In this document: piece by piece, positions 46,816-54,921 of the stretch | Numbering within the stretch: the stretch's first letter is position 1 | Layout of the letters: each line of letters starts with the position of its first letter | Assembly (NCBI RefSeq): GCF_965208355.1 | Contig: NZ_CBDBOM010000003.1 | Location: 1,297,339 to 1,361,338 of the forward strand | DNA from: Candidatus Poriferisocius sp. | GTDB lineage: Bacteria > Actinomycetota > Acidimicrobiia > Acidimicrobiales > Bin134 | DNA length: 64,000 bases | Direction of reading: 5' to 3' | Translations under genes and position numbers: made by a program | The notes under the pieces: generated by a model | What the model was told of the DNA's origin: nothing | Seen by the model: only the letters and a program-made list of their open reading frames with translations | The model's database searches: none

Positions 46816-47745
46816 ATGACAACAATTCCGCTGGATCCCGAGATCGAGCGGCTAAAGCACACGGTGCCAACCCGTGATCTTAGTGTTGAGCTGCTGCCTG
46901 AGATTAGAGCCACATTGCCGGTTCAGTTCCCCGAGCTGAGTGATGCGGTGGAGCGGTCGGATCATATGGTGGATGCGGCCAACGGGGTGGTGGTGCGGGT
47001 ACACCGCCCGCGAGGGATTGAGGGCTCCGTGCCGTGTGTTTATTCGATTCACGGCGGGGGCTATATCCGGGGTACCTACGACATGGACGACGCCAAATTC
47101 GACCGGTGGTGTCCGACCTACGGCATCGTCGGCGTATCAGTGGAGTACCGGCTAGCCCCGGAGACTTCGTATCCCGGGCCCTTGGAGGACTGCTACGCGG
47201 GCTTGAAGTGGACGTATGAGAATGCCGATGAGCTTGGCATCGACCGTGACAAGATCGGGATTACCGGGGTCAGCGCTGGGGGAGGGTTGTGCGCGGCCTT
47301 GGCGCTGTTGGCCCGAGACCGGGACGAGGTGCCGTTGCAGTTCCAGCTGCTCGACTGCCCGATGCTCGACGACCGGCAGATCACCCCGTCGAGCCAGCTC
47401 GATGACCTGGTGATTTGGACCAAGCAGACAAACGCATTCGGATGGAGGTGCTATCTGGGCGACCTCTACGGCTCTGAGGATGTGCCCTACACCGCGGCTG
47501 CGGCCCGAGCCGAAGACCTTTCTGGCCTGCCCGACGCCTACGTCTGCGTCGGCGGCGCCGACGGCTTTCGCGACGAGGACATCACCTACGCGATGCGCCT
47601 CTATGGCGCCGGCGTCCCCACCGAGCTCCACGTCTACCCCGGCGGCCCCCACGGCGTCGGCCTCTTCCCAAACACCAAGATTGCCCAACGCTACGCCTCC
47701 GACCGAGAAGACTGGCTCCGCCGCAAACTGGCGCGGCTGGGGTGA
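46816..47745 (+). CDS. Alpha/beta hydrolase, HSL-type esterase/lipase, copy 3
   Basis: Same motifs (HGGGY, GVSAGGG). Start set at ATG 46816. Confidence 0.8.
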   Translation: MTTIPLDPEIERLKHTVPTRDLSVELLPEIRATLPVQFPELSDAVERSDHMVDAANGVVVRVHRPRGIEGSVPCVYSIHGGGYIRGTYDMDDAKFDRWCPTYGIVGVSVEYRLAPETSYPGPLEDCYAGLKWTYENADELGIDRDKIGITGVSAGGGLCAALALLARDRDEVPLQFQLLDCPMLDDRQITPSSQLDDLVIWTKQTNAFGWRCYLGDLYGSEDVPYTAAAARAEDLSGLPDAYVCVGGADGFRDEDITYAMRLYGAGVPTELHVYPGGPHGVGLFPNTKIAQRYASDREDWLRRKLARLG

Positions 47746-47770
47746 AGGCGATTCCAGACCCAGGACGGTC

Positions 47771-48238
47771 TTAGGAGTCTTCGACGAGGCGGGCGGGGAA
47801 TCCGCCTTTGGAGATGGGGCCCCATTGGTCGATGGTGAGGCGGATGAGGCACTTGCCCTGGTGGGCCATGGCTTCGCGGTATTCGTCCCAGTCGGGGTGC
47901 TCGCCGGAGATGACGCGGAAGTATTCCACCAGGCCGTCGAGGGCTTCGGGCATATCGAGGACTTCGGCGGTTCCGTCGAGCTGTATCCACTCGCCGCCGA
48001 ACTCGTCCGACATCACCACCATCGAGGCCGCGGGGCTGCGCTTGGCGTTTATCGACTTGGCCCGCTCGGGATAGCTGGACACCACCACTCGGCCGCTGGT
48101 GTCGAGCCCCAGCGTCACCAGCGAGCTTTGGGGGCGACCGTCGCGGCGAGTGGTGAGCAGCACACCCCGGTGGCGGGGGCGGACGAATTCCTCCATCTCG
48201 GTCCGGTCGACATAGCGATCAGTAGCAATTGAAGGCAT
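47771..48238 (-). CDS. Pyridoxamine 5'-phosphate oxidase-family (PPOX-class, possibly F420-dependent) protein
   Basis: 155 aa split-barrel-like pattern (RGVLLTTRRDGRPQSSLV...VVSSY....K..N..R.P.AS..V). Confidence 0.55.
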   Translation of the reverse strand: MPSIATDRYVDRTEMEEFVRPRHRGVLLTTRRDGRPQSSLVTLGLDTSGRVVVSSYPERAKSINAKRSPAASMVVMSDEFGGEWIQLDGTAEVLDMPEALDGLVEYFRVISGEHPDWDEYREAMAHQGKCLIRLTIDQWGPISKGGFPARLVEDS

Positions 48239-48301
48239 GTGCTGAACCTACACGCTTCGCGATACACACCACGTGCGGGTAAGACGGGGCAGAATGGGAC
48301 T

Positions 48302-48727
48302 ATGGACAACATTGATTTCGGTGATCTGAACTATCTGGCTGTTCTGGTGGCAGTGGTGTTCAATCAGGTGTTGGGTGCCGCGTGGTATGGGGCTTTGTCT
48401 CGGCCATGGATGGCCGAGACTGGCATGACTCAGGAGGACATAGACGTCATGAAGGGCACGTCGCGTCAGTGGGTGCCCTATGTGGTGGCCATCGTATTGG
48501 CCATCGTCTTCACCCTGGGCTTGGCGCTGTTGGTGCAGGGCATGGGAGCTGACAACGCGGGGGAGGGTCTCGGATTGGGCGTGCTAGCCGCAGTCGGCTT
48601 TGTGCTTACGTCCCACGGGGTGAATTACGCCTTTGAAGGCCGGAGCCTAAAGCTGCTCGCCATCAACGTCGGATACCCCCTGATCTCCTATGCCCTTATC
48701 GGTCTGCTCCTTGCCGTCTGGGACTAG
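48302..48727 (+). CDS. DUF1761-like small membrane protein
   Basis: MDNIDFGDLNYLAVLVAVVFNQVLGAAWYG start and four hydrophobic segments. Confidence 0.45.
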   Translation: MDNIDFGDLNYLAVLVAVVFNQVLGAAWYGALSRPWMAETGMTQEDIDVMKGTSRQWVPYVVAIVLAIVFTLGLALLVQGMGADNAGEGLGLGVLAAVGFVLTSHGVNYAFEGRSLKLLAINVGYPLISYALIGLLLAVWD

Positions 48728-48759
48728 GCACCACCGCACGGCATCAGCTGCTGGAGGCT

Positions 48760-49644
48760 CTATAGCTTGCGTCGGGTGGGAAGGAGGTTCTGAAAGACTG
48801 GGTCGCGGCCCTCGGCTCTCGCCGCGAAGACCTCAGCCATATCGTCGGGGTGGAACATGCCGGATTGCCAGGTGGCCACATAGTTGAGTCCGTCGTCCAC
48901 GCTGTGGTCGCGGGTGTAGTTGAGCATCTCCTTTGATCCCCAAATGGCCAGCGGCGATCGGGCGGCGATCTCCCGGGCAATCTCAAAGACGCCTTCGATC
49001 ATTGCGTCTTGGTCGGAGTACACCTGATTGACCAATCCCGCGGTCTTTGCTTCATCAGCAGTGAGTCGGCGGCCGGTGTAGGCCAGCTCGCGGGCCAGTC
49101 CGTCGGGAATGATCCGGGGCAGCCGTTGCAGGGTGCCCAGATCAGCGGTCAGACCGATGTTGATCTCCTGTATGCAGAAGAACGCATCGGCTGTGCAATA
49201 CCGCATGTCGGCAGCGCTGACCATGTCCACCCCGCCGCCGACACAGCCTCCCTGAACCGCGGCCAACACCGGCATGCGGGCCTTTTCCAGGCAGCTGAAT
49301 GATTCTTGAAGGGTCAGGGCCAAGTTTCGGGTCTCTGCTCGGATTCGGCCGAACTCCGGAACCTCTGCTGTCCCTGTATCGGCATCCGAGCCACCCGAGA
49401 ACAGCGAGTCCGGCTGGGTGAACACCGACAGGTCCATTCCTGCGGTGAAATGGCGTCCGGTGGAGGAGATCACCAGCGCCCGGGCCACCCCGGAGTCGGA
49501 CAGGTCGTTCACCGCAGTGGGCAGCTCAGACCAGAACTCCGGGATCATTGAGTTTCTGGCTTCTGGTCGGCTGAGCTGTAAGTGGGCGACTCCTTCTTCA
49601 AGCGCGATCTCAAAGCAGGTGTACTTCTGGGATGAACCAGCCAT
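48760..49644 (-). CDS. Enoyl-CoA hydratase/isomerase (crotonase) family, dienoyl-CoA-isomerase-like
   Basis: LSRPEARNSM, GRHFTAGMDL, GGCVGGGVDM crotonase motifs. Start set at MAGSSQKY. Confidence 0.75.
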   Translation of the reverse strand: MAGSSQKYTCFEIALEEGVAHLQLSRPEARNSMIPEFWSELPTAVNDLSDSGVARALVISSTGRHFTAGMDLSVFTQPDSLFSGGSDADTGTAEVPEFGRIRAETRNLALTLQESFSCLEKARMPVLAAVQGGCVGGGVDMVSAADMRYCTADAFFCIQEINIGLTADLGTLQRLPRIIPDGLARELAYTGRRLTADEAKTAGLVNQVYSDQDAMIEGVFEIAREIAARSPLAIWGSKEMLNYTRDHSVDDGLNYVATWQSGMFHPDDMAEVFAARAEGRDPVFQNLLPTRRKL

Positions 49645-49725
49645 GTCTAGGCCTCCTCTCGAGCCCTCGTTGGACCAAGTGACTTCAGGTCGGCGTTCCG
49701 GGGCGCTGCCGAGCAAACTAGCCGG

Positions 49726-50490
49726 GTGCTCGTCGTCGACACCCATACCCACGTGATTTCTGATGACTTAGAGAGATATCCGCTCCAGGTGGCCGACTAT
49801 CCGGGGGTGGAGTGGGTGTACGAGGCACCGGTCACCGCTGAGGAGCTGTTGGCCGAGATGGCAGCCGCCGATGTGGACCGGGCGGTGTTGGTACAGGCCC
49901 TCGGAGGCTACGGCACGGACAACTCCTATGTCGTAGATGCCCGGGCGGCCTATCCCAATTCATTCAGCGCGGTGGCCATTGTGGACGATCCGGCTGAGCT
50001 TGACGCATTGGTGGCGGCCGGGGTTGGCGGCGTGCGGTTTTACGCCGTCGGCGGGGGAGGCCCGCTGCAAGATGAGGCCACATGGGATACAGCGCGGCGA
50101 CTGGGGCTCCGGGTCAGCGCGGCCACCGTGCCCGAGCACCTGCCCGCGCTGGTCGAAGCGGTGGCGGCCCATCCTGACGTGATCTTGGCTCTGGATCACT
50201 GCGGATTCGCTCCCGAGTCGATTGGCAATTACGCCCATCTGGAGAACTTGTACCTGAAGGTCACCCCTCATGTGCTGGATGCCGGCGAATCGGCGGCCAT
50301 GCTGGAGCGGCTGGCCGAGCAGTTCGGCCTTAACCGGCTTATGTGGGGGTCGGACTATTCCCAGACCCACGATCGGCCCTACACCGAGTTGGCCGACCAG
50401 GCTCGGGCGGCTTGCGCGGCGATGTCTCCCAGCGAGCAGGCTCAGTTCCTGGGCGGTACTGCGCTGGCTCTGTGGCCGGAGTTGGCTTGA
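49726..50490 (+). CDS. Amidohydrolase-2 (TIM-barrel metal-dependent hydrolase) family protein
   Basis: VVDTHTHV metal motif, LDHCG, WGSDYS. GTG start. Confidence 0.65.
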   Translation: MLVVDTHTHVISDDLERYPLQVADYPGVEWVYEAPVTAEELLAEMAAADVDRAVLVQALGGYGTDNSYVVDARAAYPNSFSAVAIVDDPAELDALVAAGVGGVRFYAVGGGGPLQDEATWDTARRLGLRVSAATVPEHLPALVEAVAAHPDVILALDHCGFAPESIGNYAHLENLYLKVTPHVLDAGESAAMLERLAEQFGLNRLMWGSDYSQTHDRPYTELADQARAACAAMSPSEQAQFLGGTALALWPELA

Positions 50491-50491
50491 G

Positions 50492-51355
50492 CTAGTCCAG
50501 TTCCAGCATCTGGTCGACAACCGCGGCCATAGCAGAAGCGTCGCGCTCGACCTCCCGGGTCTGGCCACCGGCGTCGAGGAAGCGCTGCATCAGCGGCACG
50601 TGCTGTCCGGTAGCGGAGCAGGCCATCATTGCCTGGGTCTCGGTCAGAAGTCCGGGCTCCACTGGTCCGAGGGCAGCATCCACGGCTTGCTTGGCCTTGG
50701 CAATGGACAACCGCGGCGATGCGGCGATGCGGCGGGCCACCTGGGCGGTGTGGGCCCGAAGCTCATCGGAGGGCAGCACCCGGTTGACGTAGCCGATGGC
50801 CGCAGCCTCCTCGGCGGTCACGTCGTTGCCTGATAGCACAATCTCCAGAGCCCGGCTGCGACCCACGAGGCGGGCCAAGCGCTGGGTACCGCTGGCCCCG
50901 GGAATGATGCCCATGGCCACCTCTGGCTGGCCCAACACAGTGCGAGGTCCAGCGAAACGCATGTCGAGCGACAGCAGGAACTCCGATCCGCCACCCCGGG
51001 CGACGCCATCGATCATGCCGATGGTGGCCACCGCCATGGTGCGACACCGGTCAAAGGTGGCCGCGGCCACATTGGGCTCGGCCGGCACATCGGCTGGAGC
51101 CTCCATGGCCAGGATCTGCTCTACGTCTCCGTGCATCAAGAAAAACTCTGAATCAGCGCTCTCAAACACCAGCACGCTGACCTGATCGCCTACTTCGTTG
51201 GCAGCTTCGACCGCGTTCAGCAAGCCGATCAACCCGCCAATCAACGCTCCGTCCACGAGTTGCTTGGGTGGATGGTCGATCACCACCCAGCCGATGCCGT
51301 TGTCAACGGTCATCGTGAAGGGTCCAAAGCTCTGCTCACTCGCCTGTTCAGTCAT
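50492..51355 (-). CDS. Enoyl-CoA hydratase/isomerase family protein
   Basis: Crotonase fold (VIDHPP.., ARGGGSEFLLSLDMRFA). Start at MTEQAS overlaps the upstream stop by 8 nt. Confidence 0.7.
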   Translation of the reverse strand: MTEQASEQSFGPFTMTVDNGIGWVVIDHPPKQLVDGALIGGLIGLLNAVEAANEVGDQVSVLVFESADSEFFLMHGDVEQILAMEAPADVPAEPNVAAATFDRCRTMAVATIGMIDGVARGGGSEFLLSLDMRFAGPRTVLGQPEVAMGIIPGASGTQRLARLVGRSRALEIVLSGNDVTAEEAAAIGYVNRVLPSDELRAHTAQVARRIAASPRLSIAKAKQAVDAALGPVEPGLLTETQAMMACSATGQHVPLMQRFLDAGGQTREVERDASAMAAVVDQMLELD

Positions 51356-51965
51356 GTTGGTCCTCCCACTGGTTCCAATAGGCAACTTCAGAGACTGGCC
51401 GGCGGCGAACCGGGCCGAAGGGCACCGCGGGCCAGCCCATGGGGATGCCGCACACGATGCGGATGTCGTTTGGTATGCCGAGTACCTCTCGCACCTCGTC
51501 GGCCCGGAAGGTGTGCAGCGTGGTCAGAACCGTGCCCAATCCCAGGCTGCGAGCCGCCACCAGGAGATTCTGCACCGCGGGGAAAATCGAGTGGCTCACT
51601 CCCCGCTGTGTGGAGCACACGATGATGAGCACCGGCACGTCGCCAATCTCGCGGGCAAACTTGGCCGCTTTCTCGACGATCGCGGCCTCTTGGTTACGCA
51701 GCCACTCTGTGCCGGCCGCGGCTGGGTTGTTGTAGGCCTCTTCCTGGGCATCGAGGTACAGCTCGCCCAACCGACGGCGCTTCTCAGGATCGGTGACCAC
51801 CACGAAGCGGGCGAACTGGCCATTGATGGCGCTGGGGGCCCGGATAGCGGCATCCAGCACCTGGGTGACCAACTCGTCGGGCACCGGGTCGGTCCGATAG
51901 CGCCGGATTGCCCGTTGGGTGTGCATGGCCTCGAACACGCCGACTTCGGCGGTTGCTTGGTTCAT
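51348..51965 (-). CDS. Nitroreductase-family protein
   Basis: HTQRAIRRYRTDPVPDELV..VLDAAIRAPSAINGQ pattern. Start set at MNQATAE (51965). The longer track ORF is an unlikely extension. Confidence 0.7.
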   Translation of the reverse strand: MNQATAEVGVFEAMHTQRAIRRYRTDPVPDELVTQVLDAAIRAPSAINGQFARFVVVTDPEKRRRLGELYLDAQEEAYNNPAAAGTEWLRNQEAAIVEKAAKFAREIGDVPVLIIVCSTQRGVSHSIFPAVQNLLVAARSLGLGTVLTTLHTFRADEVREVLGIPNDIRIVCGIPMGWPAVPFGPVRRRPVSEVAYWNQWEDQHD

Positions 51966-52031
51966 GGGCGCAGAGAGTAGCGGGCGCTGAAATGAATAGG
52001 CTGCCCATGCTCTCGGCGGTAGCCTGCACCC

Positions 52032-52304
52032 ATGGCGCAAAAGCACCGCATCACCATCACCTATTGAGTTCCTTGAGACTATTCCGAGCACGCCGTGAGC
52101 GCTGCCAAGGACCTTCTTCAGAACTACCAGCACATCATTGAGGATCTGACCCTGGTGACTGGTGCGTCGGGCATATTCGACGTGGAAGTCGACGGTGAGA
52201 TGCTCTATTCCAAGTACGCCACCGACTGCCACGCCGACACCGGCGAGGTGCTCAAGCTGTTTGCCGAGCAATACGCCCAAGGAGTGCTTGTCTACGGCTC
52301 ATAA
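52032..52304 (+). CDS. Rdx (SelW/SelT/SelH-like) redox protein with two in-frame TGA codons at the CxxC position; candidate U-x-x-U selenoprotein, 90 aa
   Basis: Same frame as track ORF 52095-52304. Upstream it reads ATG GCG CAA AAG CAC CGC ATC ACC ATC ACC TAT TGA GTT CCT TGA GAC TAT..., giving MAQKHRITITY-U-VP-U-DYSEHAVSAAKDLL...LVTGASGIFDVEVDGEMLYSK. TGAs lie at 52065-52067 and 52074-52076. The frame opens after TAG at 52020-52022. Confidence 0.6.
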
Positions 52305-52327
52305 CCGCTGAGCCAATCTAGGCAGGC

Positions 52328-53611
52328 TTGATTGCCTACGCTACGGGGGTGGATCCCGAGCCAGCAGATGTCACTGTAGATATCGACCACCAAACCCCGG
52401 AGTTCGTCGCCAATCGCCACAGCCGCTACCACGAGCTGCGAGAGCGCTGCCCGGTGGTGTTCAACGAGCACTACGGCGGGTTCTGGATGGTCACCGACTA
52501 CGAGTCGGTGGCCCAAGTAGCCCGAGACAACGAGACGTTCGCCCACAAGTACGAGCCCGATGCCCCCGACGGCATCTCCTACCAAGGCATCTGCGGCGTT
52601 CCCCGACCCGGTTATATCCCCCGCCAGGGAGTATCCGAGATCGACGGGCCCGAACATGCCGACCTGCGGCGGGTGCTGAACCCCCTTATGACCATCAACG
52701 CGGTCGAGAGCAATCGCCCCCGCATGGAAGCGGTGTCGGCCTGGTTTATCGACGAGATCATCGAGTCGGGTAAAGCCGACTTGGTGCTCGACTACACCAC
52801 CCCGGTGCCCGCCGTGTTGACGCTCGAGATGATGGGCATGGTGTCATCCAACTGGCAGCACTACGCCGACTTCTTCCACGCCACGTCGTCGTATGAGCCC
52901 ACCGACGAGCGGTACCGGAGCGCGATCACCCACCAACCGGAGATGTGGGCTGAGCTCAGGGACTTCGCCGGGTTCCGCCGGGAGAACCCGGCCGACGACG
53001 TCACCACTGCCTTGGTTTCGTCCCCACTCGACGGGCGGATGTTGAGCGACGACGAGGTCACCGCCATCATGTGGAACCTGGTGGCCGGAGGCCTCGACAC
53101 CACGACGGCGCTGGTGTCGTGGGGCCTGCACCACCTGGGATCCCACCCCGAGGACCGTGCCCGGCTCATCGAAGATCCCAGCCTTATTCCCGTCGCGGTG
53201 GAGGAGTTCCTCCGCTTCTACAGTCCTAGCGAAACCCTCACCCGTACCGCCTCCCGCGATGTTGAGCTGGGCGGCCGCAAGATCCGCCAAGGCGACATTG
53301 TGCTCATCAGCTGGGTGACGGCCAACCACGATCCGGCCGTGTTCGACGACCCCGGCAAGATTCGCATCGACCGCGCGGCCAACAAGCATTTGGCATTCGG
53401 GCTGGGCGGCCACCGCTGTATCGGTTCGTCGATCGCCCGCATCGAGTCGGAGCTGATGCTGAGGGACGTGTTGGCCCGCATGGGCGACTACGAGATCGAC
53501 CCCTACGGATTTATGCCCTATCCCGGCAACCTGCTATTGACCGGCGTGGTGTCGATGCCGGCCACCTTCACGCCTGGCACGCGCTCAGGGGCAGCCGACC
53601 CGTTCGCCTAA
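52328..53611 (+). CDS. Cytochrome P450
   Basis: Heme-binding FGLGGHRCIGSSIA, I-helix AGGLDTT, EXXR (EEFLRF). The start (TTG 52328 or GTG shortly downstream) is uncertain. Confidence 0.88.
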   Translation: MIAYATGVDPEPADVTVDIDHQTPEFVANRHSRYHELRERCPVVFNEHYGGFWMVTDYESVAQVARDNETFAHKYEPDAPDGISYQGICGVPRPGYIPRQGVSEIDGPEHADLRRVLNPLMTINAVESNRPRMEAVSAWFIDEIIESGKADLVLDYTTPVPAVLTLEMMGMVSSNWQHYADFFHATSSYEPTDERYRSAITHQPEMWAELRDFAGFRRENPADDVTTALVSSPLDGRMLSDDEVTAIMWNLVAGGLDTTTALVSWGLHHLGSHPEDRARLIEDPSLIPVAVEEFLRFYSPSETLTRTASRDVELGGRKIRQGDIVLISWVTANHDPAVFDDPGKIRIDRAANKHLAFGLGGHRCIGSSIARIESELMLRDVLARMGDYEIDPYGFMPYPGNLLLTGVVSMPATFTPGTRSGAADPFA

Positions 53612-53655
53612 CGGCTGCCTGAACCCCTTGTGGCTGGCCAAATGAGTATCTGGGC

Positions 53656-54858
53656 TCAGCTCAGCCGCTCCACGATCATGGCCATGCCCTGGCCGCCGCC
53701 CACGCACATGCTCTCCACGCCGATGGTCTTGTCGGCGTCTTCCAGACCGTTGAGCAGGGTCCCCATGATGCGGGCCCCGGTCATGCCGAAGGGATGGCCC
53801 AAAGCAATGGCCCCGCCGTTCACGTTGAGCTTGTCGTAGCTGATGCCCAGCTCGTCGGCGCTGGGGATGACCTGGGCGGCGAAAGCCTCGTTGATCTCTA
53901 CCAAATCGACGTCGTCGATGGTCATGCCGGCTCGGTCCAGCACCTGGGTGATGGCCGGAATGGGGCCGAGACCCATGATCTCGGGGTTCACTGCGGCCAC
54001 CCCTGAGGCCACGATCCGGGCCAGCGGCTGGACGCCCAGCTCGGCGGCCTTGGTGTCGCTCATCACCACCACTGCCGCGGCCCCGTCGTTGAGGGGGCAG
54101 GCGTTGCCCGCGGTCACCGTGCCATCAGGCCGGAAAACTGGGTTGAGCTGTGACACCTTCTCGATCACGGTGCCGGCCCGGATTCCGTCGTCCTTGCTCA
54201 CCAACGTGCCATCGGCCAGGGGATAGGGGGTGATCTCCCGCTCGAAGAAACCCCGCTCCTGGGCGGCTTCGGCCCGATTCTGGGACATGACGCCGAACTC
54301 GTCCTGGCGCTCGCGGCTCACGTTCCAGGCTTGGGCCACGTTCTCAGCGGTCTGGCCCATGGCGATGTAGATGTCGGGCAGTCCCTCGGGGGGCGACCAT
54401 ACCGGGGTGCCCTCCCCACTGCGCTCCACCGAACGGGCCTCGGCCTCAGCGAACTTGTCGTTCTTGCCGCCCCGATCGGAAGCGCCGGACGCAAAGCGGC
54501 TCACGCACTCCACCCCGCCGGACACGAACACATCACCCTCCCCGGCTCGAACCGCGTGGGCAGCCATGCGGATGGTCTGAAGCGACGAGGAGCAGTAGCG
54601 GTTGACGGTCACGCCAGGCACATCTAGCCCAGCCAACAGCCCCGACAGCCGGGCGATGTTGTAGCCGGCCTCGCCCGCGGGCTGGGCGCAGCCCCACATC
54701 ACGTCCTCGACGTCGGCGCCGTCGATCTGGGGGACCTTGCCGAGCACGTCGTCGATGATGAACGCCGACATGTCGTCGGGGCGGACATCGACCAGCGATC
54801 CCTTGATCGCTCGCCCGATTGGGGTGCGGGAGGTGGCGACGATTACTGCTTCGGGCAT
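53656..54858 (-). CDS. Acetyl-CoA acetyltransferase (thiolase)
   Basis: Active-site NRYCSSSLQ, GHPFGMTGAR, CVGGGQGMA. Confidence 0.9.
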   Translation of the reverse strand: MPEAVIVATSRTPIGRAIKGSLVDVRPDDMSAFIIDDVLGKVPQIDGADVEDVMWGCAQPAGEAGYNIARLSGLLAGLDVPGVTVNRYCSSSLQTIRMAAHAVRAGEGDVFVSGGVECVSRFASGASDRGGKNDKFAEAEARSVERSGEGTPVWSPPEGLPDIYIAMGQTAENVAQAWNVSRERQDEFGVMSQNRAEAAQERGFFEREITPYPLADGTLVSKDDGIRAGTVIEKVSQLNPVFRPDGTVTAGNACPLNDGAAAVVVMSDTKAAELGVQPLARIVASGVAAVNPEIMGLGPIPAITQVLDRAGMTIDDVDLVEINEAFAAQVIPSADELGISYDKLNVNGGAIALGHPFGMTGARIMGTLLNGLEDADKTIGVESMCVGGGQGMAMIVERLS

Positions 54859-54868
54859 GGTGGCTCCT

Positions 54869-54901
54869 GAATTGGTTGGGTCGAGTTTGGAATTGGTTGG
54901 G
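54869..54901. repeat. Perfect 12-bp direct repeat GAATTGGTTGGG x2, 21-bp register, immediately upstream of the thiolase RBS
   Basis: Copies at 54869-54880 and 54890-54901. On the gene strand this reads CCCAACCAATTC-N9-CCCAACCAATTC-AGGAGCCACC-ATG. Confidence 0.6.
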
Positions 54902-54921
54902 GTAAGCGGGGGCTGATCGGC

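Larger units (their letters stand above)
44874..47745 (+). repeat. Tandem triplication of an esterase gene cassette, 964-bp period
   Basis: Start codons at 44888, 45852 and 46816 (spacing exactly 964 and 964). Each CDS is 930 nt and each spacer 34 nt. The RBS AAGGAGTTGAC-ATG is repeated. Confidence 0.85.

Noticed and set aside
52065-52076. Alternative genetic code (UGA as Trp or Gly) as the explanation for the in-frame TGAs
   Set aside because: TGA terminates many well-supported genes here (gatA, iolD, ligA, desaturase-Rieske). The in-frame TGAs occur only at redox Cys positions, which fits Sec recoding. Pseudogenisation is not fully excluded and is listed as a refutation route.
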